From Basidiobolus meristosporus CBS 931.73 (Eukaryota > Fungi > Basidiobolomycota), in NCBI GenBank assembly GCA_002104905.1, contig MCFE01000301.1, positions 35,545 through 99,544 of the forward strand: a stretch of DNA of 64,000 bases. The letters are read 5' to 3'. A program made the position numbers and the translations under genes. The notes beneath the pieces are model-generated. The model was not told where the DNA came from. It saw nothing but the letters and a program-made list of their open reading frames with translations, and made no database searches. How positions within the stretch are numbered: position 1 is the first letter of the stretch; each line of letters opens with the position of its first letter. This document shows positions 38,539 through 48,974 of the stretch, one piece after another.

Positions 38539-38938
38539 GTTGGTTTGTGATTTGATTCTTGCATTCTGGGCCTGATAATGCTCATTATTTATACATCCTC
38601 AACGTCCCACCGGATTCCAAGCAAAATTCACGAATGTCCACATTTGGAAACCTGCCCATCCGTTTTGCCTAACCGCTTTGATGTCAGCCCCATTTGACGT
38701 CACCAACACCCTGGCCAGAAACGGCACATATATGATATCAGTCATACATTTTTCAGATTCATGTGGCATTCTAACCTCGTCACCACGGGTACTCGCATCA
38801 TTGATCTAAGCTATTCTACGTTGGGTAGTGTGCATGGGAGATGTTGAATGAGCAAGTATATAAGGATCGGTGTGTTTAGTGAAGCACACACAAACGTACA
38901 TACACACATACACACACTCACCATACATACCAATCGAG

Positions 38939-39229
38939 ATGGACAAAGTCAACGCCAACATCAAGTACGCCACTGGTTATGTCCAAGAGACCGCCGGCAG
39001 TGTTCTCGGAAACGAACAGATGCAAGCCGAAGGAGCAGCCAAGCAAGCTCAAGCTGATGCCGAGTACAAGGCAGCCCAGGCCCAAGGATATGCCCAAGGA
39101 GCTGGCGAGAAGCTAAAGGGCAATGTCAAGGACACCGTAGGCTCAGCTATTGGCAACGAGCAGATGCAGGCTGAAGGAAAGGCTGGTGCCACCAAGGGAG
39201 AGGCTAGAATGAACCTCAACTCCGACTGA
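38939..39229 (+). CDS. CsbD/Hmp1-like protein copy 14
   Basis: Intact 96-aa ORF. Confidence 0.9.
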   Translation: MDKVNANIKYATGYVQETAGSVLGNEQMQAEGAAKQAQADAEYKAAQAQGYAQGAGEKLKGNVKDTVGSAIGNEQMQAEGKAGATKGEARMNLNSD

Positions 39230-39948
39230 AATTGTTGCATTCTACAGAACACTATGATGTAAATAAACACAAACACTTGTGATAATATTTCTTTAGTAAG
39301 AAGCATTTTAGAACCAGTTATCACTTGTCTGGTTATTTACCTACTTTGGTATTTATGAGGACTGATCGAATGAGCGGAAGGAAGCATCAACACTGGGCAT
39401 CACAATCTGATCGCATGTGCGGTGGATCGCGATGTACGCTTTGCACAAAATTGATTTGAACAAACATGAGCAGTAACTACTTTTAAGCACCCTACGAAAC
39501 ATCTCAAAGTTGGAATTCATTAGATTTTTAGCTGGTATTCTGGTGGTATCTTGCTGGTATTCAGCCGGTGTTTATGGTTCAAATTTTATGCTGCGATTTT
39601 TGGTGAAAGTAATGAGTAGCTGATTACCAAATTTGGTATGAATGCTAGTTGGCCTAGTCTCCTCCTGGAAAGGCTGTCTGCTTGTCTGCTGTAAAGCTAG
39701 TGCCTGAGATTTTGAGAGTTGTGACTTTTGGGAAGGTTGGAATTCAGCTGATATTATCATGGTATTCCACTAGCCTTTTCTTGATTTTTTTTCTTAGGGG
39801 AATCTGTACTTGCGTATTCACTGACTTGGTATTGGTTATACCTGCTTTTATGCTCGAGTTTCAAGGGTGTATTCAAGAATATCGCAACTGTAGCTAATGG
39901 ATTTCTTTAACTTGGTTTATTTACACAGAAACTATTTAGAGCAAGAAT

Positions 39949-40239
39949 TTAGTCAGAGTTGAGATTCATTCTGGCCTCTCCCTTGGTGGCTCCGGCCTTT
40001 CCTTCAGCCTGCATCTGCTCATTGCCAATGGCTGAGCCTACGGTGTCCTTGACATTGCCCTTCAGCTTCTCACCAGCTCCTTGAGCGTATCCTTGGGCCT
40101 GAGCTGCCTTGTACTCGGCATCAGCTTGTGCTTGCTTGGCTGCTCCTTCGGCTTGCATCTGTTCGTTTCCGAGAACACTGCCGGCGGTCTCTTGGACATA
40201 ACCAGTGGCGTACTTGATGTTGGCGTTGACTTTGTCCAT
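39949..40239 (-). CDS. CsbD/Hmp1-like protein copy 15
   Basis: Intact 96-aa ORF. Confidence 0.9.
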   Translation of the reverse strand: MDKVNANIKYATGYVQETAGSVLGNEQMQAEGAAKQAQADAEYKAAQAQGYAQGAGEKLKGNVKDTVGSAIGNEQMQAEGKAGATKGEARMNLNSD

Positions 40240-40644
40240 CTCGATTATTATATCTGGTGAGTGTGTGTATGTGTGTATGTACGTTTGTGCGTGCTTCGCT
40301 AAACACACCGATCCTTATATACTTGCTCATTCAACATCTCTCATACACATTACCTAACGTAGAATAGCTTAGATCAATGATGCGAGTACCCATGGTGACG
40401 AGGTTGGATTGCGACATGAATCTGAGAAATGTATGACTGACATCATACATGTGCCGTTTACGGCCAGGGTGTTGGTGACGTCAAATGGGGCTGACATCAA
40501 AGCGGTTAGGTAAAACGGATGGGCAGGTTTCCAAATGTGGACATTCGTGAATTTTGCTTGGAATCCGGTGAGATGTTGAGGATGTATAAATAATGAGCAT
40601 TATCAGGCAGAGAATGCAAGAATCAAATCAAATCACAAATCAAC

Positions 40645-40935
40645 ATGGATAAAGTCAACGCCAACATCAAGTACGCCACTGGTTACGTCCAAGAGACCGC
40701 CGGCAGTGTTCTCGGAAACGAACAGATGCAAGCCGAAGGAGCAGCCAAGCAAGCACAAGCTGATGCCGAGTACAAGGCAGCCCAGGCCCAAGGATACGCC
40801 CAAGGAGCTGGTGAGAAGCTGAAGGGCAATGTCAAGGACACCGTAGGCTCAGCCATCGGCAATGAGCAGATGCAGGCTGAAGGAAAGGCCGGTGCTACTA
40901 AAGGGGATGCCAGAATGAATCTCAACTCCGACTAA
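40645..40935 (+). CDS. CsbD/Hmp1-like protein copy 16
   Basis: Intact 96-aa ORF. Confidence 0.9.
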   Translation: MDKVNANIKYATGYVQETAGSVLGNEQMQAEGAAKQAQADAEYKAAQAQGYAQGAGEKLKGNVKDTVGSAIGNEQMQAEGKAGATKGDARMNLNSD

Positions 40936-41339
40936 ATTCTGTTTCAAATAGTTTCTGTGTAAATAAACCAAGTGAAAGAATCCACTAGTTACAGTTGCGA
41001 TATTCTTGAATACACCTTTGAAACTTGAGCCTAAAAGCAGATATAACCAACGCCGAGTCAGGGAATAAGGAAATATAGATGCCCAAGAGTAGTTACTGCC
41101 CAGGTTTGTTCAAATCAATTTTGTGCAAAGCGTACATCGCGATCCACCGCACTTGCGATCAGATTGTGATGCCCAGTGTTGATGCTTCCTTCCGCTCATT
41201 CGATCAGTCCTCATAAATACCAAAGTAGGTAAATAACCAGACAAGTGATAACTGGTTCTAAAATGCTTCTTACTAAAGAAATATTATCACAAGTGTTTGT
41301 GTTTATTTACATCATAGTGTTCTGTAGAATGCAACAATT

Positions 41340-41630
41340 TCAGTCGGAGTTGAGGTTCATTCTAGCCTCTCCCTTGGTGGCACCAGCCTTTCCTTCAGCC
41401 TGCATCTGCTCGTTGCCAATAGCTGAGCCTACGGTGTCCTTGACATTGCCCTTTAGCTTCTCGCCAGCTCCTTGGGCATATCCTTGGGCCTGGGCTGCCT
41501 TGTACTCGGCATCAGCTTGAGCTTGCTTGGCTGCTCCTTCGGCTTGCATCTGTTCGTTTCCGAGAACACTGCCGGCGGTCTCTTGGACATAACCAGTGGT
41601 GTACTTGATGTTAGCGTTGACTTTATCCAT
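41340..41630 (-). CDS. CsbD/Hmp1-like protein copy 17
   Basis: Intact 96-aa ORF (YTTG variant). Confidence 0.9.
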   Translation of the reverse strand: MDKVNANIKYTTGYVQETAGSVLGNEQMQAEGAAKQAQADAEYKAAQAQGYAQGAGEKLKGNVKDTVGSAIGNEQMQAEGKAGATKGEARMNLNSD

Positions 41631-42019
41631 GTCCGTTAGAATGTATGGTGAGTGTGTGTATGTGTGTGCTTCGCTAAACACACCGATCCTTATATACTTG
41701 CTCATTTAACATCTCTCATGCACACTACCCAACGTAGAATAGCTTAGATTAATGATGGGAGTACCCGTGGTGACGAGGTTGGATTGCCACATGAATCTGA
41801 GAAATGTATGTCTGACATCATACATGAGCCGTTTCTGGCCAGGGCGTTGGTGACGTCAAATACGGCTGACATCTAAGCGGTTAGGCAAAACGGATGGGCA
41901 GGTTTCCAAATGTGGGCATTCGTGAATTTTGCTTAGAATCTGGTGGGATGTTGCGGATGTATAAATAATGAGCATTATCAGGCAGAGAATGCAAGAATCA
42001 AATCAAATCACAAACCAAC

Positions 42020-42310
42020 ATGGATAAAGTTAACGCCAACATCAAGTACGCCACTGGCTACGTTCAGGAGACCACTGGGAGTGTTCTCGGAAACGAACAG
42101 ATGCAAGCCGAAGGAGCAGCCAAGCAAGCTCAAGCTGATGCCGAGTACAAGGCAGCCCAGGCCCAAGGATATGCCCAAGGAGCTGGCGAGAAGCTGAAGG
42201 GCAATGTCAAGGACACTGTAGGCTCAGCCATTGGCAACGAGCAGATGCAGGCTGAAGGAAAGGCCGGTGCTACTAAAGGGGATGCCAGAATGAATCTCAA
42301 CTCCGACTAA
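42020..42310 (+). CDS. CsbD/Hmp1-like protein copy 18
   Basis: Intact 96-aa ORF (ETTG variant). Confidence 0.9.
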   Translation: MDKVNANIKYATGYVQETTGSVLGNEQMQAEGAAKQAQADAEYKAAQAQGYAQGAGEKLKGNVKDTVGSAIGNEQMQAEGKAGATKGDARMNLNSD

Positions 42311-42714
42311 ATTCTGTTTCAAATAGTTTCTGTGTAAATAAACCAAGTGAAAGAATCCACTAGTTACAGTTGCGATATTCTTGAATATACCCTTGAAACT
42401 TGAGCCTAAAAGCAGGTATAACCAATACCAAGTCGGTGAATATGCAAGTACCGATGCTTCAGAGTAGTTACCGGTCAGGCTTGTTCAAATTAATTTTGTG
42501 CATAACGTACATCGCGATCCACCGCACTTGCGATCAGATTTTGATGCCCAGTGTTGATGCTTCCTTCCGCTCATTCGATCAGTCCTTACAAATACCAAAG
42601 TAGGTAAATATTCAGAATAGTGATAACTGGTTCTAAAACGTTTCTCACTAAAGAAATATTGTCGCCAGTGTTGCTGTTTATTTGCATCATAGTGTTATGT
42701 ATAATACTACTATT

Positions 42715-43005
42715 TCAGTCGGAGTTGAAGTTCAATCTGGCCTCTCCCCTGGTGGCACTTGCCTTTCCTTCAGCCTGCATATGCTCATTGCCGATGGCTG
42801 AGCCTACAGTGTCCTTGACATTGCCCTTCAGCTTCTCGCCAGCTCCTTGGGCATATCCTTGAGCCTGTGCTGCCTCGTACTCAGCATCAGCTTGGGGCTG
42901 CTTGGTTGCGCCTTCGGCTTGCATCTGTTCATTTCCGAGAACACTGCCAACGGTCTCTTGGACATAACCAATGGCGTACTTGATGTTGGCGTTGACTTTA
43001 TACAT
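42715..43005 (-). CDS. CsbD/Hmp1-like protein copy 19 (divergent)
   Basis: Intact ORF with many substitutions (MYKV..YAIGY..ETVG..KQPQ), possibly under relaxed selection. Confidence 0.8.
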   Translation of the reverse strand: MYKVNANIKYAIGYVQETVGSVLGNEQMQAEGATKQPQADAEYEAAQAQGYAQGAGEKLKGNVKDTVGSAIGNEHMQAEGKASATRGEARLNFNSD

Positions 43006-43306
43006 GCTATTTAGGTGATTAGGAGGTAGTTGAGTTACTTTCCAAAATTTGCTTTTGCATTATCTACTAGTTGCTCAAGAATACCTGATCTCATATAGGA
43101 AACCACCTATGTTGAGCACTTCCAATCTTAAAATTCGAAAAATCTTAACACTGACATCATCTGTTGACATAAAATTGCTCGACTACCATCAACCAATCAA
43201 TGTTTGATGACATGTGAGCAGATCGCTGCTACAATGCTGGCTCTAAATTGGGCTGTCAAAGTGTGCTAGGCTACGTATACTGCAATATGCTTATGTACCT
43301 CTCAAG

Positions 43307-43598
43307 ACGGATAAAGTCAATGCCGACATTAACTACGCCAATGGTTGCGTCCGAGATACCGCCGAAAATGTCCTCTGAAATGAGCAAATGCAAGCCGAAG
43401 GAGCAGCCAAGTAAGCTCAAGCTGACGCCGAGTATAAGGCAGCCCAAGCTCAAGGATATGCCCAAGGAGCTGTCCAGAAGCTGAAGGGCAATGTTAAGGA
43501 CACTGTAGGCTCAGCCATTGGCAATGAGCAGATGCAGGATGAAGGAAAGGTAGGGGCCAACAAAAGAGAGACCAGAACGATCCTTAATTCCAATTTAA
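43307..43598 (+). pseudogene. CsbD/Hmp1-like pseudogene copy 20
   Basis: Start codon ATG>ACG; in-frame TGA at 43376-78 and TAA at 43412-14. Confidence 0.9.
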
Positions 43599-44151
43599 TG
43601 CCAACTTGCTCCACAGATCAATGTAAATAAATATCGTAAGCACACATACTCTGTAGAATTCTAATTCATATCTCGCTTATAATACACTTGTTATTTCTGG
43701 TTAAAATGATATTATTTATTCGCCTCGAGGTATCCTTTCACATGAGCTCTTGACATCATAAATAAATGGAAATACACACACCTGCTCTTTTACAGCTCCT
43801 ATAGTGCGTCGGGTCTCGGACCCTGGAATCGTGCATCTCCCAGAATCCTAACTTGCACTTCAAGTACTGCAAATCGAAAGCTACGTAGTGTAGCAAAAAA
43901 TATCCAATATCGTCAAACTATTTTTGTACTATTCTAATGACATCATCTATAGTATTTCTATCAAAGGAATTATTGATGTCAATTATACGTTACTCACGAA
44001 CAAAGCGTCCTCCATTCTACATATATTATTATTTACATTTTTCAGTTGAGTAAATGTGTAGACCTAATCTCAAACATCAGTATATAAGTCTGACCATATT
44101 TAAGTGAGGTCAGACAATAATCAACATACTCTCCAAAGTAAACAAGCTGGT

Positions 44152-44442
44152 ATGGATAAAATCAACGCCGACATCAAGTACACTACTGGTTACGTCCAAG
44201 AAACCGCCGGAAATCTCATCGGAAACGAGCAAATGAAGGCAGAAGGAGCAGCCAAGCAGGCTCAAGCTGATGCCGAGTACAAGGCAGCCCAAGCCCAAGG
44301 ATATGCCCAAGGAGCTGGTGAGAAGCTGAAGGGTAATGTCAAGGACGCTGTTGGTTCAGCCATCGGCAACGAACAGATGCAAGCTGAAGGCAAGGCAGGA
44401 TCTACCAAAGGAGATGCTAGAATGAATATCAATTCTAATTGA
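44152..44442 (+). CDS. CsbD/Hmp1-like protein copy 21
   Basis: Intact 96-aa ORF (MDKINADIKYTTG). Confidence 0.9.
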   Translation: MDKINADIKYTTGYVQETAGNLIGNEQMKAEGAAKQAQADAEYKAAQAQGYAQGAGEKLKGNVKDAVGSAIGNEQMQAEGKAGSTKGDARMNINSN

Positions 44443-44827
44443 AACCAGGAATATGTACCGAACTCAATGTAAATAAAAATGCGAACCTATTTGCCTTCTC
44501 AATTATTAATTGAGAGTATACCATGGTTATTAAAATGAAGATATCGCACTGATAGTACTCGTGCAAGTCAGTCTCGTTGCCGTACGAATTCTTTCGGTAA
44601 ATACAAGAGTGATGATATGTAGTCGATATTTCTGCCTTCCCTTAACTAATCCCCTTCTCTGCCATAATCACAATTGCATACGTGATTATTAAATCCACGG
44701 ATGTAGATATCTTGTCTCAAAATGATAGATAGTATCACAGTCGTGGAAAGCAAAGGGCCATTTATTTCGAATTATAATGAAAATCCAGCTATATATACAC
44801 ATTTATGACCGCAGTTATATGGGAAGT

Positions 44828-45118
44828 CTAATCTGAATTGATATTCATTCTAGCTTCTCCCTTGGTAGCTCCTGCCTTTCCTTCAGCTTGCATCTGTTCG
44901 TTGCCGATGGCTGAGCCTACGGTGTCCTTGACATTGCCCTTCAGCTTCTCACCAGCTCCTTGAGCGTATCCTTGGGCCTGAGCTGCCTTGTACTCGGCAT
45001 CAGCTTGAGCTTGCTTGGCTGCTCCTTCGGCTTGCATTTGTTCGTTGCCAATAACACTTCCAGCGGTCTCCTGGACGTAACCAGTGGCGTACTTGATGTT
45101 GGCGTTGACCTTATCCAT
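44828..45118 (-). CDS. CsbD/Hmp1-like protein copy 22
   Basis: Intact 96-aa ORF; upstream region nearly identical to that of copy 4. Confidence 0.9.
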   Translation of the reverse strand: MDKVNANIKYATGYVQETAGSVIGNEQMQAEGAAKQAQADAEYKAAQAQGYAQGAGEKLKGNVKDTVGSAIGNEQMQAEGKAGATKGEARMNINSD

Positions 45119-45989
45119 GTTGACTTGTTTGCTTTGAAGAGTATGTAAATTATTATCTAACCTCGCTGGAATATTGCCAACCTTATATAGGTCTACATAC
45201 ACGCTAAGCTGCTTACTGTAATTAGCAACTCGCGTAAATTAATGACGCTATGTTCCTGGGTAGCGTATGATTGACATCAACTATACCTCTTATGGAAATG
45301 ATCTCGATGCTGTCAAAGCTCCAAATGGTGATTGTTTTACTATATACAGAGATGCTATGATGATATGGGATATGCTATGCTTCAAGCGAGAGCGCTGCAG
45401 CTATGGAAAATACGAAGTTATCATGCTTTCTATGCTCCATTATCAACCGTGTAGGATACATTCCATTGATTGGGATCTTGACATTTGGATACTCCAACTT
45501 TGTATTTTACCTATGGACTATTAGTCATAATCAATCCATAGATACCCAAGTAAATATTATGATGGATAGATGATCAAGTTGGATTAAAAAGACGATGTGT
45601 TTAATCAGTTATTTCACTACATAAACATTTTGCTAATGGTTTAAACGAATTAAAACAAAAAAAAATACCAAAGTGAGCCAGTCACGTACAATATTGGATT
45701 ATCCCCAATAGTCCAAATGAGAGGTATACATTTTACCGAATTTCACCTATATTTTGATACTAATTTATTAAACCAGAATCGGGCATCAATGTAGCCTTCA
45801 AGTATGCTTACCCCATCTTTGACTTTGGCTTGGGCCACTCATCATTTTTACGTCCGTATTCCACGAAGGTGCATGTAAAAGTGAACATACAGTTTATTTA
45901 CGCCCATTGCTGAATCAGAAATACCACTTTGTTATAATGAGCCGGGGCGTTAAAGCTCTCTACTACAGGTATTATGGAGGGGTGGCGTC

Positions 45990-46280
45990 TCAGTCCGAGT
46001 TGGCGTTCATTCGTGCCTCTCCCTTGGCTGCTCCGGCCTTTCCCTCAACTTGCATTTGCTGATTTCCGATGGCTGACCCAATGGTGTCCTTGACGTTGCC
46101 CTTCAGCTTCTCACCAGCTCCTTGAGCGTAACCCTGGGCCTGGGCTGCCTTGTACTCGGCATCAGCTTGAGCCTGCTTGGCTGCTCCTTCGGCTTGCATT
46201 TGCTCGTTACCGAGAACGCTCCCTGCAGTCTCTTGGACGTAGCCAGCGGCGTACTTGACATTGGAGTTGATTTTGTCCAT
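45990..46280 (-). CDS. CsbD/Hmp1-like protein copy 23 (MDKINSNVKYAAG subfamily)
   Basis: Intact 96-aa ORF. Confidence 0.9.
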   Translation of the reverse strand: MDKINSNVKYAAGYVQETAGSVLGNEQMQAEGAAKQAQADAEYKAAQAQGYAQGAGEKLKGNVKDTIGSAIGNQQMQVEGKAGAAKGEARMNANSD

Positions 46281-46928
46281 GTTGAATCGGATGCAGTGAT
46301 AACGAAATTGGATATCCAAGTGAATTATTTATAGTTTCTTTATCACATGCTGAAGACAAATCGCAAACCTACAACTGGATTGCATACTTGTTCAGCTCAC
46401 ATATGTTGGACGTCATCGCTCATCTTTCATGCGACCCCACACAACACTCCTATTTTACCGGATCAAGACCCGCAGAGCAATGGCTTTGTTAAGGGAGGTT
46501 ACTAACAATGCCCACACTAACGGGGATAGGCTAGAACCTACGATTGAGGACTGTCAGTTGCACAGAACCTGCATCAACATTAGGGGTCAAATAAAGACAA
46601 ATCTTTGCGTGGGTAACTTGCTTCTGAAGGGACTCAATGGAACATAAGAAAATTGGGAATAATTTCGCGGGCTTTTTCTCTGTGCTGTGGGGAGCATACA
46701 GGAAGGTGAACTCTAGATATCATAAATCTGCCTTATAACTGGTGATCGTCGTGGCGTCACGCGATTCCGTAACAACTTCTAGCATTTGAGTAGCAGAAAT
46801 TGTCTGACCATAAGTGGCAACTGGTTGCAGGAGTAAACCGGACCTCCGACAGTCCAAGCGACATATAAGATGGTCCAAGACTGCCGCAAGACATCAGGTG
46901 CAATTGTCAGCTTGCCACATCAACAGCT

Positions 46929-47219
46929 ATGGATAAAATCAACTCCAACGTCAAGTACGCCGCTGGCTACGTCCAAGAGACTGCAGGGAGCGTTCTCGGT
47001 AACGAGCAAATGCAAGCCGAAGGAGCAGCCAAGCAGGCTCAAGCTGATGCCGAGTACAAGGCAGCCCAGGCCCAGGGTTACGCTCAAGGAGCTGGTGAGA
47101 AGCTGAAGGGCAATGTCAAGGACACCATTGGGTCAGCCATCGGAAATCAGCAAATGCAAGTTGAGGGAAAGGCCGGAGCAGCCAAGGGAGAGGCACGAAT
47201 GAACGCCAACTCGGACTGA
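46929..47219 (+). CDS. CsbD/Hmp1-like protein copy 24
   Basis: Intact 96-aa ORF; protein identical to copies 23 and 25-27. Confidence 0.9.
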   Translation: MDKINSNVKYAAGYVQETAGSVLGNEQMQAEGAAKQAQADAEYKAAQAQGYAQGAGEKLKGNVKDTIGSAIGNQQMQVEGKAGAAKGEARMNANSD

Positions 47220-47745
47220 GACGCCACCCCTCCATAATACCTGTAGTAGAGAGCTATAACACCCCGGCTCATTATAACAAAGTAGTATTTCTGATTCAGC
47301 AACCGGCTTAAATAAATCTAGTGATCAGCTTAACGTTTGTTGTTTGTGCGCACATACTACAGCTTGGATAACAAATCCCCGTAATAACGATTGTTGCTGC
47401 TGATATCAACGAGAAAATAGCGGCAAAGGAAGTCCTGCGTCTTCTTTTCTGTATCCACAAACCCATGGAAACGTCACTTTACATGTGTCAGTAGGCGAAG
47501 ATCTAGCATCCCCATCATAGATCATGTGAGTGTTCATTGCTCACTCATTTTATAATTATATATGCATTTGTGGGCGTATATGTGTGTAGACATTTCGTGA
47601 TTTTGAAGCACCCACACGGAAACGGTAAGTGTAAAGATGATCATTGGATTTATTTAAGCCGGTTGCTGAATCAGAAATACTACTTTGTTATAATGAGCCG
47701 GGGTGTTATAGCTCTCTACTACAGGTATTATGGAGGGGTGGCGTC

Positions 47746-48036
47746 TCAGTCCGAGTTGGCGTTCATTCGTGCTTCTCCCTTGGCTGCTCCGGCCTTTCCC
47801 TCAACTTGCATTTGCTGATTTCCGATGGCTGACCCAATGGTGTCCTTGACATTGCCCTTCAGCTTCTCACCAGCTCCTTGAGCGTAACCCTGGGCCTGGG
47901 CTGCCTTGTACTCGGCATCAGCTTGAGCCTGCTTGGCCGCTCCTTCGGCTTGCATTTGCTCGTTACCGAGAACGCTCCCTGCAGTCTCTTGAACGTAGCC
48001 AGCGGCGTACTTGACGTTGGAGTTGATTTTATCCAT
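47746..48036 (-). CDS. CsbD/Hmp1-like protein copy 25
   Basis: Intact 96-aa ORF. Confidence 0.9.
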   Translation of the reverse strand: MDKINSNVKYAAGYVQETAGSVLGNEQMQAEGAAKQAQADAEYKAAQAQGYAQGAGEKLKGNVKDTIGSAIGNQQMQVEGKAGAAKGEARMNANSD

Positions 48037-48683
48037 AGCTGTTGATGTGGCAAGCTGACAATTGCACCTGATGTCTTGCGGCAGTCTTGGACCATCTTAT
48101 ATGTCGCTTGGACTGTCGGAGGTCCGCTTTACTCCTGCAACCAGTTGCCACTTATGGCCATACAAATCCAGCTACTTAAATGCTAGAAGTTACTACGTAA
48201 TTGCTTGACACCATGTTGATCACCAGTTATAAGGCAGATGCACGATATCTAGCGCTCATCTTCGTGTATGTTCGCAATATAAATAGAACAAATCTGGGAA
48301 ATTATTCCCGATTTCCTTATGCACCATTGAGTCCCTTCAGAAGCAAGTTACCCACGCAAAGATTTGTCTTTATTTGACCCCTAATGTTGATGCAGGTTCT
48401 GTGCAACTGACAGTCCTCAATCGTAGGTTCTAGCCTATCCCCGTTAGTGTGGGCATTGTTAGTAACCTCCCTTAACAAAGCCATTGCTCTGCGGGTCTTG
48501 ATCCGGTAAAATAGGAGTGTTGTGTGGGGTCGCATGAAAGATGAGCGATGACGTCCAACATATGTGAGCTGAACAAGTATGCAATCCAGTTGTAGGTTTG
48601 CGATTTGTCTTCAGCATGTGATAAAGAAACTATAAATAATTCACTTGGATATCCAATTTCGTTATCACTGCATCTGATTCAAC

Positions 48684-48974
48684 ATGGACAAAATCAACTC
48701 CAATGTCAAGTACGCCGCTGGCTACGTCCAAGAGACTGCAGGGAGTGTTCTTGGTAACGAGCAAATGCAAGCCGAAGGAGCAGCCAAGCAGGCTCAAGCT
48801 GATGCCGAGTACAAGGCAGCCCAGGCTCAGGGTTACGCTCAAGGAGCTGGTGAGAAGCTGAAGGGCAACGTCAAGGACACCATTGGGTCAGCCATCGGAA
48901 ACCAGCAGATGCAAGTTGAGGGAAAGGCCGGAGCAGCCAAGGGAGAGGCACGAATGAACGCCAACTCGGACTGA
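48684..48974 (+). CDS. CsbD/Hmp1-like protein copy 26
   Basis: Intact 96-aa ORF. Confidence 0.9.
   Translation: MDKINSNVKYAAGYVQETAGSVLGNEQMQAEGAAKQAQADAEYKAAQAQGYAQGAGEKLKGNVKDTIGSAIGNQQMQVEGKAGAAKGEARMNANSD

Larger units (their letters stand above)
38248..42310. repeat. Inverted duplication of cassette plus 3' flank (38248..~39480 vs ~41088..42310)
   Basis: The 250-bp non-coding flank after copy 14 is the near-exact reverse complement of 41088..41339. Confidence 0.88.
30535..45330. repeat. Direct duplication of the copy 3/4 block (~30535..31700) at copies 21/22 (~44152..45330)
   Basis: Shared 3' flank (GAAACCAG.AATAT.TACC.AA.TCAATGTAAATAAAA) and ~190 bp of near-identical upstream sequence (31508.. 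vs 45119..). Confidence 0.85.

Noticed and set aside
39485-39900. Unique spacer with short GGTATT repeats and small ORFs
   Set aside because: No terminal inverted repeats, TSD or coding signature found to call it an insertion element.
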